A stretch of DNA of 64,000 nucleotides from Octopus vulgaris (Eukaryota). A model generated the notes under the pieces. The model searched no databases. It was not told where the DNA came from and worked only from the letters and a program-made list of their open reading frames with translations. Where the stretch lies: assembly GCA_951406725.2 (NCBI GenBank), contig OX597819.1, forward strand, positions 103,106,001-103,170,000. The letters run 5' to 3'. Both the position numbers and the translations under genes were made by a program. Positions 28,385-43,170 of this stretch are shown one piece after another. Within the stretch, counting starts at the first letter, position 1. The number at the start of each line of letters is the position of its first letter.

Positions 28385-28675
28385 TATATTATAATAAATT
28401 AGAGACAAAACCACTATTATGCAAATCAAACAAAGAAAGACTTAAGCCAATACATAAAATAATTTATATAAATTAAAATTTAACAAATGAATAACCACTA
28501 CGATCGTTTCTTGTCAGCACATCTTAGACATTCTAAGATGTGCTGACACGAAACGATCGTAGTGATTATTCATTTGTAAAATTTTAATTTATATAAATTA
28601 TTCTATGTATTGGCTTAAGTCTTTCTTTGTTTGATTTGCATAATAGTGGTTTTGTCTCTAATTTATCATAATATA
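28385..28675. repeat. Near-perfect palindrome (144-bp arms, 3-nt loop)
   Basis: Arms 28385-28528 and 28532-28675 have about 5 mismatches. Confidence 0.95.
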
Positions 28676-28749
28676 ATATTTTACTATAAAATTGGATTCA
28701 ATCTTAAATCTGATTTTTCCTTGTAAATTTGGATTTATTCCCTAATATT

Positions 28750-28808
<59 letters not shown>

Positions 28809-28850
28809 CATACATATATATATATGTATGTATGTATATATATATTTATA

Positions 28851-28908
<58 letters not shown>

Positions 28909-28910
<2 letters not shown>

Positions 28911-29215
28911 GCGCAGGCGTGGCTATGTAGTAAGAAGCGTATTTCCTAACCACATGGTTCCAGGCTCAGATCCACTGCGTGGCAACTTGGGCAAGTGTCT
29001 TCTACTATAGCCACGGGCCGACCAAATTCTTATGAGTGGGTTTAGTAGAAGGAAACTGAAAAAAGCCCATCGTGTGTGTCTGTGTTTGTCCCCTACCATC
29101 GCTTGACAACCGATGTTGGTGTCTTTACGTCCCCATAAGCTGGCGGTTCGGCCAAAGAGACCGATAGAAAAATTACTAGGCTTACAAAGAGTAAGTCCTG
29201 GAGTCGATTCGTTCA
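28909..29215 (+). mobile_element. Family B SINE
   Basis: GGCGCAGGCGTGGCTATGTAGTAAG..CTTGGGCAAGTGTCTTCTACTATAGCC. Confidence 0.85.
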
Positions 29216-29519
29216 ATATTTCCAATGATGCAATACAACCGTGTGCTAGGCTTTGAACCATGACGGACTCCAGACTCATATCAAAATTCTTCCGGCGTAG
29301 AAATTCCCAGTTTCACAACAGTAAAACCATTGTGAAGATGTAGCGAAGAGTAAAATATAATCCGAATAATAACACAAATATTTTAATAGAGCTTTAATGA
29401 CCAATTACAATTGGTAAATATTGCGTAAATTCCTACTTATGTTTGCCTAAACTGGATTTGCAACCAAACTTGGTACAGAAACAATTGTAACTGACCGTTG
29501 AAGATGTGCTAAAGTATTT

Positions 29520-29732
29520 CTTATTCTCTTTTACTCTTTTACTTGTTTCATTCATTTGACTGCGGCTATGCTGGAGCACCGCCTTTAGTCGAGCAAATCG
29601 ACAGGAGAGCTTATTTTTTGTAAGCTTAGTACTTATTCTATCGGTCTCTTTTGCCGAACCGCGAAGTTGCGGGGACGTAAGCCCCCCAGCATCGGTTATC
29701 AAGCGATGCTTGGCGGACAAACACAGACATAC

Positions 29733-29797
<65 letters not shown>

Positions 29798-29981
29798 TAT
29801 ATATATATAGATATATACGACGGGCTTCTTTCAATTTCAGGTCTACCAAATCCACTCACAAGGCTTTGGTCGGCCCGAAGTTATAGTAGAAGACACTTGC
29901 CCAAGGTGTCACGTAGTGGGACTTAACTCAGAACCATGTGGTTGGTAAGCAAGCTACTTACCACACGGCCACTCCTCCGCC
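29520..29981 (-). mobile_element. Family B SINE, full length with internal (TG)n/(TA)n
   Basis: Full head-to-tail match to the other copies. Confidence 0.9.
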
Positions 29982-30191
29982 TGGATTATTTTTGCATTTT
30001 TGATAATGTGTGTGTTGTGTATCTATATGTAATTGTATGCGTGTGTATGTGTGTGTGTGTACGCGCGCCTTTGTCTGTTTGTCTGCATGTCTGTTTACCT
30101 GTCTGTCTCTGTGTACGTTTCCAATTTATTTGTTTCTCGAAAACTGCAATGATGTGTAAATATGGTTAGTGAATATATATGTTGTTGCTTC

Positions 30192-30445
30192 AAGGCGGAG
30201 AGCTGGTAGATAGTGCGGCGAGCTGGCAGAAACGTTAGCACGCCGGGCGAAATGCTTAGCGGTATTTCGTCTGTCGCTACGTTCTGAGTTCAAATTCCGC
30301 CGAGGTCGACTTTGCCTTTCATCCTTTCGGGGTCGATTAAATAAGAACCAGTTACGCACTGCGGTCGATATAACCGATTTAATCCCTTTGTCTGTCCTTG
30401 TTTACGCCCTCTTTGTTTAGCCCCCTGTGGGCAATAAAGAAATAC
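30192..30445 (+). mobile_element. Family A SINE monomer (B-type tail, duplicated 5' tip)
   Basis: GGCGGAGAGCTGGTAGA followed by GCGGCGAGCTGGCAGAAACGTTAGC. Confidence 0.9.
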
Positions 30446-30994
30446 ATATATATGTTGTTGCTTTTACCCATGTATTCTCTGACTGAGTAAACCTATGGTT
30501 AAAGACATCATAGCCGCGACTATCTGGTAACTGTTTCAAGTATAACCTATGAAGGTGGTGTGAATTCCAAGAGATTTGAAAGCTACTTCTTTCCGCTTCA
30601 ATGACTCCATAAATTCTCTACATCAAATCATAATAGAATGAAATATAAGTTCTGCTTCCGTCACAAGCATTCAGTTAGTTGCACTTTGAGAGATAGACGT
30701 CACTCGCGGACAAGCATGGCTTGCTAATATGTACCATCTTTACGCTGTTTTAGGTGCGTATAAAGCAGCGAGCAAGTATAGACCCACTCTCGACTGTGCC
30801 AAAGTTTGAGACAGTGGCACATCTAGGGTGTGTTGGTCGGAGGGAGAGGCGGCTTTACAAACAATCTGAGAGTAGTCATCATCATCAGCACCTTGATAAT
30901 CGCAAATGTTATCATTTTCATCTTCGGCCTCATCTATAGCATCATCACCATCCTTTTCGTTATCGTAATACCTATCGTCGTTGTCGTTGTCATT

Positions 30995-31025
<31 letters not shown>

Positions 31026-31943
31026 CCACCATCATCATCATCTACACAATATAAGAGCAAATTCTGAGCCCAACCTTCTGGAGAAGTGAAAAATTAGACA
31101 AAGCAGGGTACGTTTGCCAACGTAATCCTAGATAAATGATGTCTGAAAAGTACGTGATAGTTACAGTTGGAACGCCAATGGAAGGATGAAGACTTGACGC
31201 TGAAAACGGATTTTTGCTCATACCTACGCTTTAGAAAGTGAGCCCACGTGTCTTAGGTATTTACATATGAATTCAGACATGAGCGCGCACAGCCTGTATT
31301 GAATGCACACGGATGTTTGCATTCAGGAACACGCATATATATATAAACATAGAGATTTATAAATTCGTACATACATACATACATACATACATACATACAT
31401 ACATACATACATACATACATACATACATGTATGCATACATACATACATACAGTCATTCATTCATACATACACACATACACACATACATACGTACATACAT
31501 GCATGCATACATACATACATACATATAACACAATGCCTGCCTAAGCGTACATACACTAACACATAGAGAAACGGAAGTAATGAAACTTTTTTAACGCATG
31601 TGTAACAATAGACAAAGGTTAACAGACACTCACGCATGCTCACTAAGTCATTGGCAAATATTTCCATCCTTCCGCACACGTATGAAATAATAAAATCTCA
31701 TATATTAACGCATTCGCACTTCGCATATGCACCAAACATGCATATATATATATATATATTGGTATTCACGATATAATAAAATGATTTTTACGTTAAATTG
31801 AAGGTTTACACAATACATTTGACAGAGTACAATTATATTACTCTTTACCAAGAATAGTTTTGACAACGGCTTCGAACATTGGGCCAGCTAAGCAATCAAC
31901 AGCCAAAACTTCGAAGTCATTATCAATAATATTCTTGTAACAA

Positions 31944-31974
<31 letters not shown>

Positions 31975-32038
31975 TGTATGTATGTATGTATGTATGTATG
32001 TATCTATCTATCTATATATCTATCTATCTATCTCTCGG

Positions 32039-32076
<38 letters not shown>

Positions 32077-32081
32077 GCTAT

Positions 32082-32128
<47 letters not shown>

Positions 32129-32280
32129 CAAGCATGTGTATGAGTATATGTGCGTGCGTGTGTGTGAGCGCGTATTTTTGTATTCTGAGCAAGATAAAAT
32201 TGTTCTTGCCTGAAAATGCATATATATATGTGTGTGGGGGTGTATGTGTGGTATATACATACACACATATATGCATGTAG

Positions 32281-32319
<39 letters not shown>

Positions 32320-33592
32320 TGCATATATGTATGTATGTATATATGTATGTATGTATGTATGTATATACACACACATACACCCACCCACACACACACACAC
32401 AGACACACACACATACACACATATATATATACATATATGTATGTATGTGTATATATATATTTGTACTATATAGACCTTGCACGCGCACGCACACACACAC
32501 ATACACATACATACCACTTAAAGCACAACATACATTAATACAGTATACAAGCATATACTCACAACCATCTTCAACGCAGGCTAATTACTTAGACATACAC
32601 CCACGCACACATATAAAAACATGCGTAGACACATACACATTGCATTCATAATATCTTCTATAGCAGACACTCCACCACAATTACACGTTCTGCTACAAAA
32701 GAAACAATTCTTTAACGAATAATGAACACATATATCATAGAAAAGTCCGCCTTATCTCTTGTGTCCATCCATCAGGTTTCGCGCCCGTCTCTCATCCCAA
32801 CCAGACAATCTTTGTCACATGATCTCTCTGTTCTCTTTTTCACTTTTCTACTATTGTCTATCTTTAAATCTCCATCATTGCTTTTTCCCCTGCACCCCCT
32901 CCTTTCTCAATATTTCTCACTTCCTTCTTTATATTTCTTTCTCTTTTTCTTCTATCTATCTTTCCATCCTTCCTTCTCGGGTTCATTTCCACGTCAATGT
33001 TACGAACCTAAACGGAATAGGGAAGTGGGTTTTGAGGTAAGATGAATGACAGGGGTTAATCAACCACTTTCTTCCCTAAATCATCTCTCTGAATTTCTCT
33101 CACACTTTCTCTTCCCTCACTATTTCTCTAACTCAAGTCTCACTCACTTATATTACCTCTCCCACTCTCAGCTATACGACACACTTCAAACCACTCACAT
33201 ATTTTCGTATTACTGTTTCTCTACCTTATCTACTTTACTCTTTCATCGCTTCTCTCGTACATTTCTTCGATAAACATCATCACTCCCTATCACTCTCAAT
33301 CACTTAACTCATATCCCATTCACCAACACTCATTACTCGCACTCTACTTGCACTCCCTCGACTGTTACACATCTTACACACGTACACACAAATACATATA
33401 CAACTTTCTCGATACATTATATTTTGTTTTAAATTCGATGTGCCTTCATGACAACCCTTTGATCGTAGTTTCTGCTGAATCGGAGTTGAACTCAGATTAA
33501 AGATTAACAACAATAACTAATTCAAAAGATAACTCACACATTTTCTCAATCACTCATTTATTCAATCCATCATACATATATTTAATCACTAT

Positions 33593-33664
<72 letters not shown>

Positions 33665-33812
33665 CTACTTCTTCCCGTGCGTAACTATTATAACTTCTCA
33701 TATCCCCCTCTGTCTTTTACCCTGTTTCGACATCGTATTGTAGCATCAGTCATCCATTACACCAGGCATTCGATCGACAGAAACGTTCCAGTGCAAAATT
33801 AAAAGACTCTTG

Positions 33813-33892
<80 letters not shown>

Positions 33893-34551
33893 GTCTTCCT
33901 CTCTCTCTCATTTTATAGATGTTTGTGTGCGTGTGCGCGTATATGCGTACGTGTCTGTGTATAAAGCTCACCCCCACATTTTTTTTTTTCCTTTTAAGAA
34001 TATATCCTTCCTGGTATGATAGAATAAATACCAAGCATGCCTCAACGTTCGATAGCATCTACTGATCTTGTGCTAGTTTTAGATATCGACAAAATTCGCT
34101 GCTCAACTAATACTAAATTATTACTTACCCCTTAAGCCAGTTACACAGATACAGACGAATAAAATTCTTTTATTATATTCCCTATCAAATGTTTCCTCTT
34201 CTCATGCTATCTTCTACGTTCATCACTACATTTACTCAACGATAATTTCACTCGTGACTAAATTAAATTTAATATCCACGCAATTATTGATAGTATAACC
34301 AGCAGTAATCATAATAATGTTAGTATAAACACTACCAATACAACTAACAAACTGAACATCACTATCATCACAACAATCATCACCAACCGTATATACTCGG
34401 GGATAGGTTGCACCAGTGGATAGGTCTCACCCTTAGTTTGGGGTTGCCAAAGTAGGGATTTGCGGTTGACTCGCAGATAGGCCGCACTATAATTTGGGGT
34501 GTTATATGGCTCCTTTTAACGTAAATATAACAAATATTTGTTAAATAATCT

Positions 34552-34790
34552 TTTTTCTCCAGGCACAAGACCTGAAATTTTGGGGAAGGGGGGGGGGGGC
34601 AGTCGATTAGATCGATCCCAGTACGCAACTGGTACTTAATTTATCGACCCCCGAAAGGCTAAAAGGCAAAGACGACCTCAATGGAATTTGAACTCAACGT
34701 AACGACAGACGAAATACCTATTTCCTTACTACCCACAAGGAACTAAACACAGAGAGAACAAACAAGGACAGACAAACGGATTAAGTCACG
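34552..34790 (-). mobile_element. Family A SINE composite fragment
   Basis: Tail A, body, recurrent junction GAAATACCTATTTC, then tail B. Confidence 0.85.
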
Positions 34791-35075
34791 TGTACCCATA
34801 ACGTGTACCCAGACACGTGTACACATAACGTAGTTCTGGGGAGGTTCAGTGTAACACAGAGTGTGACAAGGCTGGCCCTTTGAAATACAGGTACAACAGA
34901 AATATAGGTACAACAGAAACAGGAAGAAATAATGAGAGAAAGTTGTGGTGAAAGAGTACAGCACCGTTCGCCACCACTCACGTACCGGAGACCCGTGGTA
35001 CTTTAGCTGTTTTTGGCCAATAAACACTCACAACGCCCAATCTGGGAATTGAAACCGCGATCCTACAACCGAGAG
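34790..35075 (-). mobile_element. Family D tRNA-derived SINE
   Basis: Minus strand has the B-box-like GGTTTCAATTCCC. Homologous to 27085-27262. Confidence 0.7.
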
Positions 35076-35439
35076 TTCTACAAAGTATATTTTCTATGAC
35101 AGTCGCACTGATGGTTAGCAGACATTTACGTATGTAAATATGTAAATTGTAACAATAAAACCTGGTATGTGACTAATCATTATATTTTGTATCTTTTCAT
35201 TTGTCTTGCTCGCTTACGTTCTGGCGTTAACCAAATTTTCTTGAGAATAATATTTTCTTAGTGATCAGACCATATGGGGTCTACATTTAGCATATTGGAT
35301 GTCCACCTAGTGGCCATCCCACTTATATCCATGTAATATAATTTTCTGAATCTTCCGATATTTTCAATATGCTAAGCCACCGGTTTAAATTGATATTAAT
35401 CAAGTTAATATCAATTATTTATCCTTATTATTTAAATTT

Positions 35440-35575
35440 AAATCCACCCACAAGGTTTTGATCGGTCTGAGACTATAGTAGGAGACACTTGTCCAAGGTG
35501 CCACACAGTGGGACTGAACCCGGGACCATGTGCTTGGGAAGCAAGCTTCTTAACACGCAGCCACGCCTGCGCCTG
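35440..35575 (-). mobile_element. Family B SINE head
   Basis: GGCGCAGGCGTGGCTGCGTGTTAAG on minus. Confidence 0.8.
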
Positions 35576-35624
35576 TAGGGAAAAATTATATTAGTTTATA
35601 CTGCAGCACAACTACGATCGTCTC

Positions 35625-35717
35625 GTGGCACACCAGTGCGCCCCGGCATACTGATTGCGGAGCACTGTGGCACACCAGTGCGACCCGGCATACTGATTGC
35701 GGAGCACTGTTCTAGAA
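35625..35717 (+). mobile_element. Tandemly duplicated 42-bp hAT (Charlie/Buster-like) terminus
   Basis: GTGGCACACCAGTGCG[C/A]CCCGGCATACTGATTGCGGAGCACT occurs twice. It ends ..CACTG followed by TTCTAGAA, a typical Charlie-type target. Confidence 0.5.
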
Positions 35718-37409
35718 TTACAAACAGAACAGAAATAAACGTTACGTAAGGAAAGCGTTTAAGTTTTAAGTTATTAAACTTCATCAGGATTGAAATTCTA
35801 AAATTCTTCTTCGCCATCATCACTGTAAAATATTCTTTTCACTTGTTCATCGGCTGTTTACTTCAGATCCATGTGATGTCGAGTGGAGATGTCGGACCCC
35901 TGGTTTTTATCGAAACTTTTGGTTTAAAAAGTCGCGACATATCCGCGAGTATTTACGATATATCAGAACTTCGACCACCACTAAGATAATCACAGTCACT
36001 TACAATACTACCGATCACAACACCAAAAGCATCACCACTACGCCAAATACTAACAAAACACCACAAGTAGGAACATGACCAACACCACTCCAATCACTGC
36101 GCCACTACTACCATCACCACCACTCGCAAAAGCAATGTCTATACCACTTTCACTAATACCACTCCAAACAACACCAACGTCAAAATGCTACGATCATCGT
36201 TACTTGCATCATCACCAGCACAAGCTTCACTATTACCAACAACAACAATAGTATCACCTCTACTACCACCAAAGCCACCACCACCACCACCACTGCTACC
36301 ATAACTGCTAACACCACCACTACTAATATACGTCTTCACTTCTTTGTTTTGACAGTCGTTTCCATCTTGTGTTTTTGACATTTCCGATCCTATCATTTAA
36401 TGGATACCATACCACCACCCCTCTCAATCTCTCCTCTTTCTCTCAATCTCTCTCTCACACACACATAAACATACACACACACACGCATGCACACACACAT
36501 ACATAGAGATAATAGAAATAACAACAATAAACAACTGCAGCACCGTCATTTTTTCATCGTCATCATCATCATTAGTTCCAGTGCTGCTGTCCTCCAAATC
36601 ATCATCATTATCGTCATCATCTTCATCACGAACATTACCCACCTTCATTCTTCATCGTCAGTAGCATCACCACAGCTCCCATCATCAAAAACCACCGATA
36701 CCATCACCACCACCAACGCTACCATTGTCATTTCCATCATCTTCACAATCATCATCAAAGCAATAACTGTCTTCATAGAGCGTAAGTCTACAAGGAATAA
36801 GTCAGTTACCCTCGAATCACACCATAGAAATAAAACGAAAACAAAAAGATGTCACATTTGTAAATGTAATCCTAGGTAGACAAAAGAACAAAATAGTACG
36901 AGTTGGGATAACTGATCATTGTTCCACTTAAATAGAATTAATCAAGATCCTATGAACATCATCATCATGATCATCTTCATCGTTGTCGTGGTCGTCACTA
37001 TTTATCCTCTTTAGCATTTTTATTAGCTGTCTGCTTTGCCATACTAATCCACATCCTCATCCTCATTACCTTATTATCATCATAAACGTCATGAAAGCTG
37101 CAAATATATCATCATTATCATCCTCATGCGGAAGAAAGGGAAAATAAGTTCAAATCTTTAATTTGCTGTGTACCAGGATCTGCAAGTACCCGAAAGGAAA
37201 TACATTTCAGTGGCCCCTACTGTACGGGTGTGATAACTAAGCTTGGAGCTTCTCACTTGACCTATTAAAAATGATAGTCAGCTATCTCTCATACAAAACA
37301 CCACCCTCTAAAATGGAAAGTTCATGTTGGATAATTTAGTCCTTGCTACTACTAAAAAGATATGATATTGAATGTTAAAATAGTTTTAATTTTAGGATGA
37401 CTACGTCGG

Positions 37410-37590
37410 ACAAAATGCTTATCAGCATTTCGTTCACCTTTACGATATGAGTTCAAATTCCGCTGAGATCGACTTTGTCGTTCATCCTTTCGAGGTCGAT
37501 AAAATAAATACCAATTGAGCGCGAAGGTCGATGTAACTGACTTACTCCTCCCTCAAAGTTGCTGGCCTTTAGCCAAAATTTGAAGCCAAT
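37410..37590 (+). mobile_element. Family A SINE
   Basis: GAGTTCAAATTCCGC..TTCATCCTTTCGAGGTCGATAAAAT. Confidence 0.75.
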
Positions 37591-39493
37591 ATAAAGTTTT
37601 CTCCTTGACTTACGGCTAAGGAGCAACAACATCTAGATTCGTAAACTTTATGTAGAAACCAAGTATTTGAACCAACGAGGAATCGTTTGTGATTGCTCCA
37701 GCTGCAAGAATTAGTAACCAGATATTTTCTTTCATTTGCACAAATAATCATCGTCAGAACATTGAGGAGAATGCAATAGTTTTAAGGGGTTTTATTACTC
37801 AGTCAAAAGGAATGTCAATGACTCTGAGATTTGGGGAATGGATGGATGAAGAGATTCTAGAAATGGAAAATTGATCTGAATGCATTCAACAGAGCAAACT
37901 CTGCTAAGGACGAAGTGTTGGAGTAAATATATAAATGGAAATACTAGCAGGCTGATGAAAATTCAACGTGTGCTTAATGACTAATTACATTAATTCATCA
38001 TATCGCTAAATTGACACATGTTTCGGTCTTTTTCTACCTCTTCAAGGAAGCTTAGTTCAGAGTGCTTTGGTGGAAGTCTTTTTGTTCTGCTATATATATA
38101 ACAAAATATTAAACGAACCAACGAAGGAACTTTTGCTCCATTGCCCAACTTGTTAGATATAGAAACAAATTCTCTCTCAAAACATAACCTACAATATGAA
38201 GGCCACTCTGAATAATATAGCCATATATCAAGTACCACTATAAGTCATAGGTCTGAGCTAACAGAGTAAAAGCTGAAGTGAATCAGTGACAAGAAAGAAG
38301 GAAGGACACATAAGGATAGAGTAGTCGTAGACTTATAAAGTCATATGAAAATACTGGGTGGTCATGTTTGGAACTTCTTTAATGATAGATATCACGAATC
38401 AGGGTTGATCTAGCATTTAACATCGACCACAAACGTAAAATGCTTCCCAGTTAAATAAGGCCTGACAAAAAATATGATGGTCTGGACTAGAATATCTTTA
38501 GTCTGAGGCTCAAAGAAATAATGTACAAAATGAAGATTAGTATATATAAAATAAAACTGAAGGGAATTTAAAACATTCATTTCTGTTTCTACATTCACCT
38601 TCCTCGTCCCACGTATATTTGTATCTTTTCTTTTCTTCTTTACTCTCTTCTTCTCTCTTTCTCTCTCTCTCTTGTTTTTGTTTGTTTTTATTTATTTATT
38701 TAATTTGATATTCCATGAGAAAGCGAAAATTAATATTTAGAAACAATAAAACAAATACGAAAATGCGACCAAGAATAGTAATCTTTGTTAATGTGAAATG
38801 GTTCTTAGCTATAATTTGTGATGGCAAAATGATTTTATACATTTTCTACATGTGTATATAACTTCATTTATATATATTTCTTGTTATTCATGATCTGACT
38901 GTTGTTCTTATTATTATTGCTGTTGCTGTTGTTGACTTTTAGGCTCTAACCCTTGTGAATTAATGTCCCCAATTTCTGTCAAATTGGGGCCGCCATTATT
39001 TTATAATTTTAGCTTTTTATTCGCTCCATTTTTTTCACTCCAGTTTTTTATTATTATATATTTCTTTTTCTTTATCTTTCCTTATTATTGATTTTATGTT
39101 AGGCCTTTTAATGTGTGTTCGCGAGTCTCTTTCTCTGTGTGTGTATGTGTGTGTGTGTGTATGTTTGCCTGCGTATGCGTGTTTGCATATATATATATAT
39201 ATATGTGTGTGATAGTTTCTGTTTGTGTGAATAGTGTTTTCTTTGATTTATTTATTATTTTCTTTTTTGTCTAAAGCCTTTTTAAAATTATCTTCCTCTC
39301 CCATCTCACAGCTCTCGTCTGCCTGGTTCACGTCTCTAAGTCTCTCACCCTACATCTATCCACACCCGTTTATTTTCATTAACACCTTGGATTACTTGTT
39401 TATATTTTGACATAAATTATACAAAATGGAAAAAAGAAAGAAAAATAAGAATTTAACAAAATTGAAGATAATGATAATTGTGATGCAGCTGCT

Positions 39494-39542
<49 letters not shown>

Positions 39543-39679
39543 TTGATGATGATGATGATGATGGCTGGGGAGGAGGAGGAGGAGATGGTGGCGAAAGAAA
39601 AAAAGAGAAGCGTTGTCACAAAAAAGAAGAAAGCAGAAAATAAAGAGCAGTAGTAATGATTCTTTTTTGCAATTGGCAT

Positions 39680-39830
39680 AAGGCTAAAGCTTTGTGAGGT
39701 GAGGGGGTAGCTAGGCGATATCATCGATCGCAGTACTTGACTGGTACTTTATGTTATCGACCCCCGAAAGAATAACGCTCAAAATTAGACCTCGGCGGAA
39801 TTTGGAACTCAGAGCGTAAAGACGGATGAA
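39680..39830 (-). mobile_element. Degenerate family A SINE
   Basis: ACTGGTAC..ATCGACCCCCGAAAG..GACCTCGGCGGAATTT. Confidence 0.7.
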
Positions 39831-39844
39831 AACGCCAGTGAGCA

Positions 39845-40055
39845 ATAATTATTTTTGTAGGTGTTCTATCCGTACATTTGTAACAATCTTTTTGATCCCT
39901 GTTGGTAGTCGGATGCTGACACCCTCCAAGTGCATTAATCACTATTGTTATCATGTCCACCTTCTTCATTGCTCACAACCTGCGTATTTCCCACCTCAGT
40001 TCATCATAGTTGCTTACTTTTGCTTATTCTTTTTATTCAAATCTATCGTCACCGG
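39845..40055 (-). mobile_element. R4/Dong-type LINE endonuclease fragment
   Basis: Minus strand translates PGDDRFE*KE*AKVSNYDELRWEIRRL*AMKKVDMITIVINALGG. Confidence 0.7.
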
Positions 40056-40220
40056 AGTTTGCTAAAAATAGGAGTCAAAAACTCTATGGAGTTGTTTTTT
40101 TTTTATTCCTATTTTTAACAAGGCTGGTGCTTCTTATTGCCGTTGCTATATATATATGTACATATATTGTGAAGAAGAAAGAGGAGGAGAAGAAGAAGAA
40201 GAAGAAGAAGAAGAAGTTAC

Positions 40221-40266
<46 letters not shown>

Positions 40267-40392
40267 TCGACTACCACGACGATAACAATGACGTAAGCAT
40301 GTCAGGAGGTAGCTTGCTTATACCATAAAGAGGAAAAAAGTATATAACAAAGTGACCCACCCAAGACGGAAAATATTTGTTTATCCTGAGGC

Positions 40393-40454
<62 letters not shown>

Positions 40455-40460
40455 GTCAAC

Positions 40461-40522
<62 letters not shown>

Positions 40523-40765
40523 CATTATCATGATCATCATCATCATCATCATCGACAACAACATCATCATCAAAATTACTACTATTATTATTTCATTTAT
40601 TTTATCTTGATAATCTGAAAAACAATTATGCCACTGCCCTTTCTTTTGTGTAAAAATCTACATAAATGTATGAGTGTATACGCATGCGCGCCTACACATA
40701 CATACATTCAAAGATGCACATATACATACGCACATACACACAAACATAATACAAACATACATATA

Positions 40766-40816
<51 letters not shown>

Positions 40817-40993
40817 GGGAATGAGTTCCTTTGTAAATTAAAGCGTCCATTTTAATGCACACACCACCGCGTAAATATTTATGAAACATTTCCATTTCTA
40901 GTGTATACATTTTCAGAGACGTATACACGTATATACATGTACACAACACATATGTGCCTTTGTATAACTGTGCATGTGTGTGTGTGTGTGTGT

Positions 40994-41034
<41 letters not shown>

Positions 41035-41175
41035 TGTGTCTCTGTGTGTGTGTATGAGTGTGTATAAGTATATGTGCAAGCAGATTTATAGACAGACAGG
41101 CAAACAGAGGGACAGACAGAGAGACAGATAGCTACAAATATACATAGGTAGAATTAAATGGAGAAAAAGAGAGAC

Positions 41176-41250
<75 letters not shown>

Positions 41251-41697
41251 TAGATAGAGAGATAGAGAGATAGATAAAGGCTACTGTGTTGACGCTAAAA
41301 CATAAAATTATTGCTTTCAACTTTAGCAATAAGTGCTTCATAGACGTGTCATATTGAAAGTGTTTATGATAAATCTTACTGACAATGACGTCATAGGAGA
41401 CAAAGATAGTGATCAGAATTCTGAAGTAATTTCAGACTTGTCTGTAGTGAATTCTGGGAATAATCGTGAGCAGTGGATGTCTGGACGTGTTGGAGTTGTG
41501 TGTGTGGTTCAGAGTGTCGATGTGAGAATGGGATTAGAAAAAGCTACTTCTTCAGTTTCATGCTACAACTAAATATGTAGAGTGGGTGATACAGAACAAA
41601 CACATTTAGATACACACACTTAAACACCCATACACAAACTTCTAATTGTACTCCCATGTATATTTATGTGTATATGTATGTGTGTGTGTGAGAGAGC

Positions 41698-41742
<45 letters not shown>

Positions 41743-41867
41743 CATATTCCAAGAAATATTTAATCCCACGCACATACGTACACATGTACATATATAGATA
41801 GATACATACATACATACATGCAAACATACAAATATAGACACATAGATAAATATAATATATAGAAAGT

Positions 41868-42170
<303 letters not shown>

Positions 42171-42182
42171 CTGTGTGTGTGT

Positions 42183-43045
42183 ATATACAGCTTGCGAAGA
42201 GTACATTGTCACCACTTTTAATTTCGTGCATGTGCATTGTTTGTTTTTGATTTTGTCGACTACAACTTATAGTAGGGTCAGTTGGGCACCATTTATGAGA
42301 AAAATACACCATGACACAATTCATTACGTCAGAAATTTGGAAACGACATGCTGTACTGCTTGGCACTCGCGCTGGGAACTCCAATACGAACATTTCAGAG
42401 TGTGTGTGTGTCGATGTGAGAACAGTGCAGTCTGAGGACATGTAGCGAGAATCATAAAAATCAAACATGCACTCAACATAATGGCGTTTGGGGTGATCAC
42501 TAGTGACGTTATGCCTCCATACATTTTCCCACACGTCTTCAAACTCAACACGGATGTTCACATCAAGTGCCTGGAGGAGGTAGTGATACTCTGGGTCAAG
42601 AGGGTGACTGGTGGAAGACACTATGTTTGACAACAGGCTCTGCACCATGCCACAAAAGCAGGAGAACCCAGCCATTGCTGTCAAACAATTTCTTCGACCA
42701 CATCACCCCTAACATCTGGCCACCTAATTCCCCAGACTACAACCCCTTTGTGGGGCGCAGTTGAGCTAGAAACCAGCAAAACTCCTAGTAACACCAAAGA
42801 TGGACTGAAGGCAAGGATTATGGCAGTGTTAACCAACTTAAACAAGGAAACCGACCAGAAGGGTTGCAGAAGATTCTGAAGTCGTTTAGAGGCTGTGGTT
42901 GGAGCCAAAGGCGATTTTATAGAAAACATTTCTCTTTAGGATTTCAAAATATTTTTATGATATTTTGGTAAACATATCTGTTAAAATGAGGTGCCAGTGT
43001 TATTTTAATTTTTGCATAATCTAGACAGTTTATTCACCACACCAG
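42183..43045 (+). mobile_element. Internally deleted Tc1/mariner-superfamily DNA transposon (maT/DD37D-like), pseudogenised transposase
   Basis: Translates [101 protein letters not shown]. Degenerate TIR-like ends are present. Confidence 0.85.
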
Positions 43046-43170
43046 ACACATATAAAGAATTATACATGTATGTACAAATCTTGCATATGCATATATATAT
43101 AAGAAATAAGTTGAAGCACCAAGTCAGTCAGGTATTATCCGCACAGTTCGAAGTAAGGTTAATAAAATGA

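Noticed and set aside
35625-35708. Direct repeats considered as CRISPR-like
   Set aside because: Only two adjacent units without spacers, in eukaryotic DNA.
38013-38047. TTGAAGA-GGT..ACC-GAAA-CATG on minus (similar weak motifs at about 17290 and 46180)
   Set aside because: Stem I and the cleavage site are not convincing, so these could be chance matches.
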